From an uncultured Thermodesulfobacteriota bacterium (GTDB lineage Bacteria > Desulfobacterota > WTBG01 > CAIYCZ01 > CAIRTM01): a stretch of DNA of 64,000 bases. The notes under the pieces were generated by a model. The model was not told where the DNA came from. It saw nothing but the letters and a program-made list of their open reading frames with translations, and did no database searches. The stretch covers positions 2,777-66,776 of the forward strand of contig CAZFIB010000013.1 in the NCBI GenBank assembly GCA_964518865.1, read 5' to 3'. Shown here piece after piece: positions 9,453 through 18,849 of this stretch. The translations under genes were made by a program, and so were the position numbers. Numbering within the stretch: the first letter of the stretch is position 1; every line of letters starts with the position of its first letter.

Positions 9453-10439
9453 ATGGGAAATATATGGGTTTTTGCCGAACAGGATCAGGGTAATCTGCGC
9501 AAGGTTACCTTTGAGATGCTGAGTGAAGCGCGAAAAATCGCAGATGCCAAAGGCGACAAGCTGTGCGCCGTTTGTCTCGGAAAAGACATCGCCGGTCTTG
9601 CCGACAAGTTCGCTCCCTACGGAGCGGACAAGGTCTACATGGTAGAGCACGAGCTGCTGGATCAGTACACGACCGATGCCTATGCCAAGGCACTGTGTGA
9701 CCTTATCATTAAGGAACAGCCCTCCATCGTGCTGTTCGGCGCAACCGTTCTGGGCAAGGACCTGGCGCCGAAAGTCGCAGCGCGCTGCAAAGCGGGCCTT
9801 GCCTCGGACTGCAGTGAGATCAAGCTCGACGGCGATAATTTTTGCATACGCCGTCCGATGTATGCCGGCAAGGCATATGCCGATGTTACCTATCAGAATA
9901 CCGACATCATGATGGCCTCGATCAGACCCAATGTGCTGATCGCTTCAGAGCCCGATGCGTCGAAGTCGGCCGAAGTGGAGAACGTCACCCCCGAAATCTC
10001 GGCAGACGATATCAAGGTAAAAGTGGCCGAGGTCATCAAGGGCGATGCCGGCAAGGTGGATCTTACCGAGGCCGAGATCATCGTTTCCGGCGGCCGCGGC
10101 ATGAAGGGCTCTGAAAACTACAAAATGCTCGAGGATCTGGCTGATGTGATCGGCGCAACGGTCGGCGCCTCGCGTGCGGCAGTCGATTCCGGCTGGCGGC
10201 CACAGTCGGACCAGGTGGGCCAGACCGGCAAGGTCGTATCACCCAACCTCTATATCGCCTGCGGTATCTCCGGCGCCATTCAGCACTACGCCGGCATGGG
10301 AACCTCCAAGGTCATTGTCGCCATCAACAAGGACGAAGAAGCCCCGATTCTCACCAAGAGCGATTATGCTGTCGTGGATGACCTGTTCAAGGTCGTGCCC
10401 GCGCTGACCGGAGAGATGAAAAAGCTGATGGCCGAATAA
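9453..10439 (+). CDS. etfA: Electron transfer flavoprotein subunit alpha.
   Basis: [15 protein letters not shown]... with a C-terminal FAD-binding region ([37 protein letters not shown]). RBS AAGGAGAGAG. The ATG at 9453 is preferred over the track start at 9447. Confidence 0.9.
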   Translation: MGNIWVFAEQDQGNLRKVTFEMLSEARKIADAKGDKLCAVCLGKDIAGLADKFAPYGADKVYMVEHELLDQYTTDAYAKALCDLIIKEQPSIVLFGATVLGKDLAPKVAARCKAGLASDCSEIKLDGDNFCIRRPMYAGKAYADVTYQNTDIMMASIRPNVLIASEPDASKSAEVENVTPEISADDIKVKVAEVIKGDAGKVDLTEAEIIVSGGRGMKGSENYKMLEDLADVIGATVGASRAAVDSGWRPQSDQVGQTGKVVSPNLYIACGISGAIQHYAGMGTSKVIVAINKDEEAPILTKSDYAVVDDLFKVVPALTGEMKKLMAE

Positions 10440-10466
10440 AAAACAGGCAGCGTTTCCTGACAAACA

Positions 10467-10503
10467 AAAAGCTCCCCTTTTGCACGGGGAGCTTTTTGTT
10501 TTG
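10467..10503 (+). terminator. Rho-independent terminator after etfA.
   Basis: AAAGCTCCCC-ttttgcac-GGGGAGCTTT followed by TTGTTTTG. Confidence 0.8.
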
Positions 10504-10692
10504 TGCGGTCACGCAACTTTGACGGTTCCGTAAAAAGTCCATCTGCTGCGTTGCGCGGCATCTTCAGTCATTGCGGCGTACAAACAAGTACGCCTCATTT
10601 CTTCAGATTTGCGCGCCTTGCATCTGAAGCTTTTTACAAAACCGCCCCGTTTCTTGCTTTTTACGACTTCATCAATTTTAAATGTCATAATC

Positions 10693-10792
10693 TACTATGG
10701 CCATTCTGTTACTTCGAAGGAGCAGGGCGACTGAGAAATATCACGCCCTGAAGAGATTTCTCCCTTCGGTCGAAATGACAAAAAACAGATGG
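10693..10792 (+). repeat. Repeat family A, copy A2.
   Basis: tactatggccattctgttacttcgaaggagcagggcgactgagaaatatcacgccctgaagagatttctcccttcggtcgaaatgacaaaaaacagatgg. It differs from A1 by point changes and 1-nt indels. Confidence 0.8.
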
Positions 10793-10892
10793 TTATAGAA
10801 AATAGAAAATTACTCTATGTAAAAAAGTTGATTGCAAATATAGCATTAAAATGTTATTTAATATTATTAAATAACAATAATATGTTATTTAT

Positions 10893-11026
10893 GGCATTTA
10901 TTGATAGAGTGCAGCCGTGCAGGAGCGGCCTCCGTCCGCGAAAAAAATTGCAGCTAAAGCAGCTCCCGCATTTTCGCACCACACGGCGGGCACCGAAAAA
11001 AGGCTGTAGAACAGAGTGAAGTGCAC
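10893..11026 (+). repeat. Repeat family B, copy B1 (~133-bp structured element).
   Basis: ggcatttattgatagagtgcagccgtgcaggagcGGCCTCCGTCCGCgaaaaaaattgcagctaaagcagctcccgcattttcgcaccacacggcgggcaccgaaaaaaggctgtagaacagagtgaagtgcac. About 80% identical to the copies at 45256-45388 and 51372-51500 (the latter in reverse orientation). Confidence 0.75.
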
Positions 11027-11076
11027 GGGACCATCAATTTTAAGATATATGCTGCTATAAAACGTACAGGGGGTTT

Positions 11077-12222
11077 ATGCTGTTTCGTCGGTTGCTCGAC
11101 CTTGAAAAACTGAAAAGTTCAGCATTTGTTTTCGGTCCCCGGATGACCGGTAAAACGACGTTGCTGCACAGGCTGGGCTCCGATGCGGCCTTCGATTTGC
11201 TTGACCCGGAACTGGAACTCGAATACCGGGCAAACCCGAAACTCTTCTGGGAGGTCGTTTCCGCTTTAGCCGAAAACTCACTGGTAGTGATTGATGAAAT
11301 ACAGAAAGTGCCGGCACTTTTGAACTATGTTCAAATGGGAATGGATCGCTTCAATCACAGGTTCATTCTTACCGGATCGAGTGCCAGGAAGCTCAAGCGG
11401 GGCGGGGCTAACCTGCTTGGCGGAAGAAGCCTCGACTTGAAACTTCACCCCTTGACGCACGAAGAGCTGGAAAATCATTTTTCCATCGACCGTGCATTAC
11501 TGTACGGGACGCTTCCGAAAATAGCCGCTCTGCTTGTCGATCAGGATGTCTCGCTCGCTAAAAAACATCTCAGAAGCTATGTGACAACGTATATCAAGGA
11601 GGAAGTTCAGGCTGAAGCGCTTACCCGGAACCTTGGCGCCTTCCAGCGGTTTTTGAACGTTGCCGGTCAAAGCAACGGGCAGATTGTTGAATTCTCCAAT
11701 ATTTCACGGGAATGCGCGGTTCCGGCAAGTACCGTCAAAGAGTATTACCAGATTCTGGAAGACACGCTGCTCGGCTTTTTTCTATGGCCGTTCGATCGCA
11801 ATGAGCGGAAGAAAGCGCGACCGAAATTTTATTTTTTTGACTGTGGTGTTGTTCGATCCATTCAAAACAGACTGGAAGATCCTCCGACGGCCCCTGAGAC
11901 GGGTTTTTTATTTGAAACCTGGTTTGTAACGGAAGTTATCCGTATACGGGATTATTATGAAAAAGACCATCAGATAGCCTTCTGGCGCAGCCGGAACCAT
12001 GAAATAGATATTATCATTTCAGGAGGGCACGGGCCGATACTGGCTATTGAGTGCAAGTCGGGAAAATCGGACGTTGCCGGTTCGACCTTCCATGCATTTA
12101 AAACCTCTTTCCCCGGAACGCCGTTACTCGTTGCTTCGCTTACTGATGACCGCCCCAGGAGAGCGGGCGGCGTCGATATCCTGCCCTGGCGACAGGTGCT
12201 CGAAACGTACCGTATGCTGTAA
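11077..12222 (+). CDS. AAA+ ATPase of the COG1373 type (AAA_14 plus a DUF4143-like C-terminal domain).
   Basis: 381 aa. Walker A GPRMTGKTTLL. Walker B LVVIDEIQKVP. The C-terminal region is typical of this orphan ATPase family. Confidence 0.75.
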   Translation: MLFRRLLDLEKLKSSAFVFGPRMTGKTTLLHRLGSDAAFDLLDPELELEYRANPKLFWEVVSALAENSLVVIDEIQKVPALLNYVQMGMDRFNHRFILTGSSARKLKRGGANLLGGRSLDLKLHPLTHEELENHFSIDRALLYGTLPKIAALLVDQDVSLAKKHLRSYVTTYIKEEVQAEALTRNLGAFQRFLNVAGQSNGQIVEFSNISRECAVPASTVKEYYQILEDTLLGFFLWPFDRNERKKARPKFYFFDCGVVRSIQNRLEDPPTAPETGFLFETWFVTEVIRIRDYYEKDHQIAFWRSRNHEIDIIISGGHGPILAIECKSGKSDVAGSTFHAFKTSFPGTPLLVASLTDDRPRRAGGVDILPWRQVLETYRML

Positions 12223-12352
12223 ATGTCTCCACCCGCCCCGCAGTATTGCATGTACCGGTATCCTGTAGCCGCAAACCGGATTCCGGAATCAAGAGGCTGT
12301 GTCGTAATGCATTCATATGCGATTTCGAGCAACAGCGGGAAACGGCAAGGTT

Positions 12353-13177
12353 TCAGGCCGCCCCTTCTTTATCCGCTGCCGGGCGGCGCAGCAGACAGGA
12401 GAGCGCCTGCGCTGCACGCGCGGCAGTGCACCGGGCCTGCAGCACCAGAAACAGTTCAAGCGCGATTTTACAGATTTTCACAGCGGACAGGGGAGCGGAG
12501 ACCACGCGTACGCTTCCTTTCTTTACGGCGCGTATGATTTCTGCTGCATCCTTCGGTGCCTGTATCAGGGAGTAGGTGGTCCCGAACTGGCTGAGCGTGT
12601 GACTGTCCGAGGTTCCGATCAGGGGCAGGCCGAGCCCGCGGGCGAGTTTTCTGGCACGCCGGTTGAAGTCGACGGCTGTTGTATAAAAATGGCACAGCTC
12701 GATTGCATCGAAGAGCCCGGCATGCTGTATGCACCGTGAGCCCAGGCTGTGACGCGAGGGGAAAAAGGGATGGGGCGCGATTATCAGCGACGCATCGGTC
12801 CGGCAGCGCTGCAGATCGCGGAATGAACTTATTTTTTCAGGTGCTGTTTTCAGGTTGTAGGCCAGCACATGCGTGCCCTGAACGGTCAGCTCAACACCCG
12901 GTATCAGAACGATACCGCGCTCTGCAGCATAATCGCGCAGGTAGGCGGTGCAGGTCACCGTATCGTGATTGGTGATCGACAGGACATCGTAGCCCCGACG
13001 GTGCGCTTCGTCGATCAGCCCGCATGCATCGTACCTGATTTCAGGCTCTTTGTCGGATTCGCAGGTGTGCAGGTGCAGGTCGGCTTTAAGCCATGCCGGA
13101 CGGTTGTGAGCGCCGGGCGCATCAGCTGACATATGTTTCACATCATTTCTCCCGCAGGTTGATCGTTTTCCATACAA
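12353..13177 (-). CDS. PHP-domain metal-dependent phosphoesterase.
   Basis: KADLHLHTCESD ... ITNHD ... HP ... GTSDSH motifs of the polymerase/histidinol-phosphatase fold. The start is uncertain: ATG at 13177 (per the ORF track), internal ATG at 13132, or an internal GTG 6 nt after GGGAGA. Convergent with the ATPase. Confidence 0.65.
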   Translation of the reverse strand: MYGKRSTCGRNDVKHMSADAPGAHNRPAWLKADLHLHTCESDKEPEIRYDACGLIDEAHRRGYDVLSITNHDTVTCTAYLRDYAAERGIVLIPGVELTVQGTHVLAYNLKTAPEKISSFRDLQRCRTDASLIIAPHPFFPSRHSLGSRCIQHAGLFDAIELCHFYTTAVDFNRRARKLARGLGLPLIGTSDSHTLSQFGTTYSLIQAPKDAAEIIRAVKKGSVRVVSAPLSAVKICKIALELFLVLQARCTAARAAQALSCLLRRPAADKEGAA

Positions 13178-13267
13178 GACAGCATTCTACCCTGAAAAAA
13201 ATCGTATATTCACAGAATTTTACTCTAAAAACCGCTGTTCCCGGTGATTGTCGTATCGGCCCGGTAC

Positions 13268-13282
13268 TGGTACATCTGTAGC
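13268..13282 (+). promoter_or_regulatory. Candidate sigma-54 promoter upstream of the first FimT-like pilin gene.
   Basis: TGGTAC-ATCTG-TAGC. GG-N10-GC spacing is correct, with one mismatch in each element versus TGGCAC-N5-TTGC. It lies 70-100 nt upstream of the pilin ORF. Confidence 0.3.
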
Positions 13283-13355
13283 GAAATCAATCAGCATTTT
13301 TTACAGGTGTAGCATGCAACGTCCAACTGTTAAATACGAAAAAAGTGTTAAATGT

Positions 13356-13907
13356 GACATTTTGTGTAAAATTTACCTTTTCCGCATTCTGACGTACCGA
13401 CGGGGATTCTCGCTTGTCGAGCAGATGGTGGTGGTTGCCGTTATCGGAATTATTGCAGCGGTAAGTGTTCCGAACCTGGTTACGGGATTGCCGAAATACC
13501 GCGTCAGGTCCGCCGCCGTCGACCTGATATCAAAAATGCGGGTTTCGCGCTTCAAGGCCATAAAGGAAAAGCGTACCGTCAGGATGCTGTTTTATGATGA
13601 TGCAGGTATATACAGCGTTGATGGTGAGGCCTATCCGCGCAGCGGCTCTTTTGCCGAACATTACGGCAGCGGCGTCGGATACGGATTCGGCAGCGCAACC
13701 AAAAGCGCCGCCGGCGGGGGCGGCAGCCTGCCGTCCAGGCCCATAACCTTCTGGGGCAATCCGAAATATCTGGCATTCAACAGCCGGGGGCTGAGCAATC
13801 CGGGTTCGGTCTATCTGTGTAACAACAAGGGGGATGCCTATTGTATCGTAGTGAATTCCGCCGGCAGACTACGGCTTCGACACTGGACCGGCGGCGGCTG
13901 GGAGTAG
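13356..13907 (+). CDS. Type IV minor pilin / pseudopilin, FimT-FimU/GspH-like (paralogue 1).
   Basis: Class III prepilin motif RG|FSLVEQMVVVAVIGIIAAV. It is then alignable to the gene at 16898 (VPNLVTGLPKYRVRSAAVDLISKMRVSRFKAIKEKRTV vs VPSMTRGIPKYRVKSSATDLAAKLRKARWVAVKEKRDV). The C-terminus ends WTGGGWE, versus WTGGDWD in the paralogue. The start is uncertain: in-frame TTG at 13356 gives the leader MCKIYLFRILTYRRG, while the upstream ATG at 13311 gives a 30-aa leader. Confidence 0.65.
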   Translation, partial: DILCKIYLFRILTYRRGFSLVEQMVVVAVIGIIAAVSVPNLVTGLPKYRVRSAAVDLISKMRVSRFKAIKEKRTVRMLFYDDAGIYSVDGEAYPRSGSFAEHYGSGVGYGFGSATKSAAGGGGSLPSRPITFWGNPKYLAFNSRGLSNPGSVYLCNNKGDAYCIVVNSAGRLRLRHWTGGGWE

Positions 13908-14133
13908 CATCCAAGCTGTTTTAGATTTATGATATTCGCGGTTCGCGTTTTTGTCCTTTCCCTCCACCCTCTTTCCTGTGCCGCGGCCGAAAGCCGCTCC
14001 TGCCTCTTTGCCTTGCTGCCTTCTCAACATAGCGGCCATTCGTTGACTTGCCGGACGTAATCTGGTAGGTGTCTCATACACCGGAGAGGAAACGCTTCCG
14101 CGTGCTGTTCATAACCCATGGCTGCTGTCAACA

Positions 14134-16569
14134 ATGAGTTCTGAAACCATCATTTCACCGGTGTCCTCCGGGCACCAGTATCCCGGCGTGCCATCCCTAG
14201 GTAAGCTGACGGCGGTCTATTTTCTCTTTTTCGTTTCGGGCGCAACCGGTCTGGTGTACGAGGTTGTCTGGAGCCGGATGCTTGTGCTGGTGACCGGCAA
14301 TACCGCCGCTGCCACGTCGCTCATTCTGGCAGCGTTCATGGCCGGCCTCACCCTCGGAAGTTTTTTCTGGGGACGCTTTGTCGTGCAATGGCGGTTCAGC
14401 GGCCTTGTGCTGTTCGGCTGCCTCGAGGCCGCAACCGGCCTGCTGGCGCTGTGTGTGCCCGTGTGTATCAGCCGGGCCGCAGGGGTCGAAGCAGCGCTCA
14501 TGGCCGCGGTTCCCTGGCACCAGCCTGTGCGGTTCGGCTATTGTTTTCTGGTGCTTCTGGGACCTGCCTTTCTCATGGGGGGAACCTATGCCGTACTCGG
14601 GCACCACATTATCCGAAGGCGCCGCCGGTTCGGACGACATGCGTCACTGCTGTATGCCGTCAACACACTCGGTGCGGCTGCCGGCTCGCTGCTTACCGGT
14701 TTTCTGCTGATACGGCTGCTGGGGCACACGGGCAGCATTACTGCAGCGGCACTTGTCAACCTGGCAGTCGGCGGGAGTGCCCTTTTTTTCGGCCTCCGGA
14801 AAAGCCTGCTGCCGGACGTTGCCGAGCCTGACCGGCTGGGTGAGAATGGAACGTCGGGGCCGTCGGTGCCCCGGACAGTTGCCGTGACAGCTCTTGTTGC
14901 GGTGACCGTCAACGGTTTCTGCAGCATCGCCTATCAGGTGCTGTGGACGCGGCTGCTCGTGCTTGTTGTAGATAACTCCGTTTATTCGTTTGCCTTTATG
15001 CTTACCTGCTTTCTGCTCGGCATGGGGCTTGGCAGCCTCTGGCTCGGGATGCTTGACGGCTTTGTGCGCAGGCAGCCGGTTGTGACATACGGGCTGGTCT
15101 GTGCCGGTATGGGTATTTCATCCTTTTTCGTGCCCTTTTTCATAGCGTGCAGTCCGCCGGACCCGGCCCAGCCGTACTGGGTGTTCCTGCTGCAGCGGCT
15201 GCCCCCCTTTGTGTTCGTGCCGACGCTGTTTATGGGCATGAGCGTGCCGCTTGCCGCCCGACTGTATGCGGTTCGTGCCTGCGGGACGGGAAAGCGGCTG
15301 GGCATTGTGTACGGGCTCAGTACGGCAGGCGGTGTGCTGGGGGCTCTGGCAGCCGCTGTCCTGCTGCTTCCCGTGATGGGGGTTCGCACAAGCCTGCTGC
15401 TGCTGCCCGCCCTGAGCATTGTGTGCGGGGGGCTGCTGCTGGTGCAGCACTTCAAGGGTTTGCAGGCCCTGGGCGTTGCCGGCCTGATGACCGTTCTCTT
15501 CGTCACCGGGCCGCTGCTCATGCCTGAAAATTATTTTGCAGACAAATACAGCGGCCTGGAGCCGGGCAGCGAGCTGCTCTACTATGAAGAAAGCCTGGCT
15601 GCAACCGCAACGGTTTTCAGGCGTCCGGACGGCAATGTGCTGCTGTACCTGAACGGCATTCCCGAAGTCGACACCACCAGGCTGTCGGTTATGACGTTCA
15701 AGCTGCTCGGTGCGCTTCCCTGCCTGCTGCACCGTGGTCCCGGGCGCGCGCTGATGATAACATTCGGGGCAGGTATTACCTCAGGCACGGCGGCTCTGTT
15801 TGCCGACCGCGTCGACTGTGTCGACCTTGCCGGGCAGGCGCGGCGTATCGCCGCGCTGTTCAGGCCGGTCAACAACGGTGTTGCTGCGCTTCCGAACGCA
15901 ACCCTGCATATTGATGACGCGCGTCATTTTCTGCAGACCGACATGCAGCGCTATGCGGTCATTGTCTCCGATGCGACGCATCCGCGCTCCTATGACTCCT
16001 GGATACTCTATACGGAAGAGTTTTACCGCCTGGTAGCGCAGCGCCTCGGCCCCCAGGGTGTTTTCTGCCAGTGGGTGCCGTTCCACGGCCTGGCCCCGCA
16101 GCAGTTTGCAAGCATCATAGCGACATTTCACAGTGTGTTTCCTCACACATCGCTGTGGCGGATCGGGCAGGGATATGCCGTGCTTGCCGCAACACCGGAA
16201 GAACTGCGCATTGACGTAAAAAACATGTTTGCGCGTCTTTCCGCGCCTGATGTGCAGCGCGATCTGAAAATGGTGGGTCTCGACAATCTTTTTGAGCTGC
16301 TTGCCTGCTTTGTGATGGGTGAGCAGCGGGTCGGCGGCATTGCGCGTACCGCATCCACGGTCATCCGTGACAACAGCCCCGCAAACCTTTTTTTTCCGTT
16401 CACCGCGACCCTCGATGAACAGTACCAGGGATGGCCGCGGGAGAATTTCTCCCTGATCGCTCAGCATGAGGAGTCAATAGAGCCCTACCTTGCAAACATC
16501 AGCAGTAATCCAGAGGACCGCCGCAAAATTATCGACATCATGAAAAAATATGAACAGCGCCGCAGGTGA
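14134..16569 (+). CDS. Fused MFS-like polytopic membrane domain / spermidine synthase-like (aminopropyltransferase fold) protein.
   Basis: 811 aa. N-terminal ~12 TM helices beginning FLFFVSGATGLVYEVVWSRML. C-terminal SpeE-like domain ALMITFGAGITSGTAALFADRVDCVDLAGQARRIAALF...LHIDDARHFLQTDMQRYAVIVSDATHP. Confidence 0.8.
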   Translation: MSSETIISPVSSGHQYPGVPSLGKLTAVYFLFFVSGATGLVYEVVWSRMLVLVTGNTAAATSLILAAFMAGLTLGSFFWGRFVVQWRFSGLVLFGCLEAATGLLALCVPVCISRAAGVEAALMAAVPWHQPVRFGYCFLVLLGPAFLMGGTYAVLGHHIIRRRRRFGRHASLLYAVNTLGAAAGSLLTGFLLIRLLGHTGSITAAALVNLAVGGSALFFGLRKSLLPDVAEPDRLGENGTSGPSVPRTVAVTALVAVTVNGFCSIAYQVLWTRLLVLVVDNSVYSFAFMLTCFLLGMGLGSLWLGMLDGFVRRQPVVTYGLVCAGMGISSFFVPFFIACSPPDPAQPYWVFLLQRLPPFVFVPTLFMGMSVPLAARLYAVRACGTGKRLGIVYGLSTAGGVLGALAAAVLLLPVMGVRTSLLLLPALSIVCGGLLLVQHFKGLQALGVAGLMTVLFVTGPLLMPENYFADKYSGLEPGSELLYYEESLAATATVFRRPDGNVLLYLNGIPEVDTTRLSVMTFKLLGALPCLLHRGPGRALMITFGAGITSGTAALFADRVDCVDLAGQARRIAALFRPVNNGVAALPNATLHIDDARHFLQTDMQRYAVIVSDATHPRSYDSWILYTEEFYRLVAQRLGPQGVFCQWVPFHGLAPQQFASIIATFHSVFPHTSLWRIGQGYAVLAATPEELRIDVKNMFARLSAPDVQRDLKMVGLDNLFELLACFVMGEQRVGGIARTASTVIRDNSPANLFFPFTATLDEQYQGWPRENFSLIAQHEESIEPYLANISSNPEDRRKIIDIMKKYEQRRR

Positions 16570-16844
16570 TTTGCGGGATTCCGCCGGACTTTTTTTCTGC
16601 TGCATGAAGACTGCGCAAATGTCTTGAATATACGGTTTTCCGTCCGATATGAACAAAGAGGCGCGTCTGCCGCTGGTTCTGAAGCATGGTGCGAGACCAT
16701 ACCGATTATTGTGCTGTAGTGTAAAATTATTTTATAGTTACTATAAAAATAGTTTATATTTTCACGTGGCAATTATTGAAATACGGTATGTAAAATAATA
16801 AATAGTATGAAAAATCAAATATTTAAATAATTTCGGTTTTTCAG

Positions 16845-16858
16845 GGAATGATTTATGC
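16845..16858 (+). promoter_or_regulatory. Weak candidate sigma-54 promoter (GG-N10-GC) in the very AT-rich leader of the fimT2-pilWVXY1 unit.
   Basis: GGAATGATTTATGC. The spacing is correct but both hexamers are poor matches. About 40 nt upstream of the ATG at 16898. Confidence 0.15.
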
Positions 16859-16897
16859 TTTATAAGTGAAACTGAAAATTATCAGCAGGGGGAAGAA

Positions 16898-17404
16898 ATG
16901 CTTTCATCCTCAAAAGGTTTTTCCTTGGTGGAACTCATGGTTGTCGTTGCCATAGTATCATTAATGGCAATCGTGAGCGTTCCGAGCATGACACGAGGCA
17001 TACCAAAATACCGTGTCAAGTCATCCGCAACCGACCTGGCGGCTAAGCTGAGAAAGGCCCGCTGGGTGGCTGTCAAGGAAAAGCGCGATGTGTCAGCCAC
17101 CTTCGATACCTCCAGGAATAATTATATCGTTGACGGAACAGAGTTTCCCCGCACCGGCGGTCTTTCATCGTATTACGGCAGCGGTGTCACCTACGGGGTC
17201 GGTGCTACAGGTGAGCCCCAGGCCGTTGACTGCGGGGGGGCTGACATCAAAACCCTCAGTTTTAACAGCCAGGGCCTTCTGGAAGACGGAGACGCGGTCA
17301 TTCACCTGATCAACAACAAGAACAAGGTATACCGGGTCAGGATCACCGCCGCCGGCAGCATCGTTGTCCAGAACTGGACAGGCGGAGACTGGGACCCGAG
17401 CTGA
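16898..17404 (+). CDS. Type IV minor pilin FimT/FimU (GspH-like), paralogue 2.
   Basis: MLSSSKG|FSLVELMVVVAIVSLMAIV prepilin signal. 168 aa. GGAAGAAATG RBS. Confidence 0.8.
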   Translation: MLSSSKGFSLVELMVVVAIVSLMAIVSVPSMTRGIPKYRVKSSATDLAAKLRKARWVAVKEKRDVSATFDTSRNNYIVDGTEFPRTGGLSSYYGSGVTYGVGATGEPQAVDCGGADIKTLSFNSQGLLEDGDAVIHLINNKNKVYRVRITAAGSIVVQNWTGGDWDPS

Positions 17405-17452
17405 CACAGGACCGCTTTGTTATAATATATACTGCATGAGGGGTTGATCGTA

Positions 17453-18250
17453 ATGAATACAAACCGCGGATTTACTATTATCGAGCTGATGGTAGCAATG
17501 GGGGTCTTTTTTATCGCCGTCACCAGCATCTATCAGACCTATCACTATCAGCAGCGGGCATACATCAAGCAGGAGCAGGTTGTCAACATGCAGCAGGAGA
17601 CACGGGCCAGTCAGTTTTTTATCGGTCGCGATATACGCATGGCCGGCTTCGACCCGACCGGAACCGCCGAGCTTACGCTTCCCCTGGGAACCGAAAAAAT
17701 TTCCATTGCAACCGTCGGAGAGCTTGAGTTCTACATCGACGACAATGCCGACGGCGACTACTGCAGCTCAGGGGGCACCGATCCGACAAGCTGTACGCTG
17801 GATGCGCGGGAACGGGTCCGCTTCGCCCTGACCAATGATGCAGACAAAAACGGCATCGCAGACGGTTTTCCCTGCCGGCTCGGACGGGAGTACAACAACG
17901 GCGGGCTGCAGCCGGTGGCGGAAAATGTTCAGGCGCTTGAATTCTGCTACGTTCTCAATGACGGCACGGAAACGGTTGCGCCGACGGCCGACGAGCTTCC
18001 GCTGATTCAGTCGGTGTTCGTTTCCCTGCTGCTGCGCAGCAGTCAGAGGATTCACAACTATCAGAATACGGACAGCTATTTTCAGGCCGGTGCCTCTACC
18101 AATCTGACGCCAAGCTTTCGCGGATCGCGCCCGTCCGAATGGGGGCCGTTTCTGGACGGAAACGGCAACCCCGATGCGTATAAGCGCCGGCTGTCGGTTT
18201 CCAAGTTCCGTTGCCGAAACATGGGTCTCGATCCGTTCGGCGACATATAA
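17453..18250 (+). CDS. pilW: Type IV pilus minor pilin PilW-like.
   Basis: MNTNRG|FTIIELMVAMGVFFIAV then YQQRAYIKQEQ...IRMAGFDP. 266 aa, which is PilW size. Confidence 0.7.
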   Translation: MNTNRGFTIIELMVAMGVFFIAVTSIYQTYHYQQRAYIKQEQVVNMQQETRASQFFIGRDIRMAGFDPTGTAELTLPLGTEKISIATVGELEFYIDDNADGDYCSSGGTDPTSCTLDARERVRFALTNDADKNGIADGFPCRLGREYNNGGLQPVAENVQALEFCYVLNDGTETVAPTADELPLIQSVFVSLLLRSSQRIHNYQNTDSYFQAGASTNLTPSFRGSRPSEWGPFLDGNGNPDAYKRRLSVSKFRCRNMGLDPFGDI

Positions 18251-18293
18251 GCTGCTGCGGTGCCTGTCAGGCACTGCTGCCGGAGGACACTAC

Positions 18294-18779
18294 ATGAAAC
18301 GATCTGCTACAGTACACAACCAGCGCGGATTCACCCTGCTGGAGGTCATTATTGCGGTTATGGTTCTTACGGTCGGCCTGGTCAGCACGGCGGCCATGCA
18401 GACGCGGGCCGTTGACGAGTCAAACGAGGCCTACCGGCAAAGCGAGCGTGTCATGAACTCCGAATACTGGATGGAAGATCTCATCAACCGCCCGGTCGTT
18501 GCCGACCGCGAGATCGAGCCTGATGAAATTTTCAGCGACAACTGTACCGGGGATCGGGAATGTGCCGACGGAAGCTGGTTTGACTCATCGTCGGTCGGGG
18601 TCGCCGCGTCAAGCAGCAGCAGCTACCGGGTTGTCCCCGGCAACCCCATGCCGTTTTTGATGACCATTGAAGTGAGAACCGAGCCCAGCTACGGGCACGG
18701 CGGCAGCGACGATCGTGATGCATGGCTTGATAAAAAAGCCGTAACGTTTTCCTATATCCGCTCGTCGCGATATAACTGA
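18294..18779 (+). CDS. pilV: Type IV pilus minor pilin PilV-like.
   Basis: MKRSATVHNQRG|FTLLEVIIAVMVLTVGLVSTAAMQTRAV. 161 aa. Start taken at the internal ATG 18294 of ORF 18174..18779. Confidence 0.7.
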   Translation: MKRSATVHNQRGFTLLEVIIAVMVLTVGLVSTAAMQTRAVDESNEAYRQSERVMNSEYWMEDLINRPVVADREIEPDEIFSDNCTGDRECADGSWFDSSSVGVAASSSSSYRVVPGNPMPFLMTIEVRTEPSYGHGGSDDRDAWLDKKAVTFSYIRSSRYN

Positions 18780-18849
18780 GTCCCGCAGGCGGGCTCCGAG
18801 CCTGCCGGGGGCAGTAACGCAAACACTACATAGAAAGCGGGTAGGTACG

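Noticed and set aside
12223-12740. Plus-strand ORFs 12223..12537, 12246..12575 and 12317..12739 overlapping the 3' half of the PHP gene.
   Set aside because: They are Arg/Ala/Gly-rich, mutually overlapping in three frames, and antisense to the PHP-domain ORF that carries the HxH...D metal motif. Treated as non-coding.
16845-16858. Possible sigma-54 promoter TGGCAATTATTGAAAT at about 16770-16785 in the AT-rich leader.
   Set aside because: The GG-N10-GC spacing fails (positions 14-15 are AA). Only the weaker GGAATGATTTATGC at 16845-16858 satisfies the spacing, and it is reported with low confidence.
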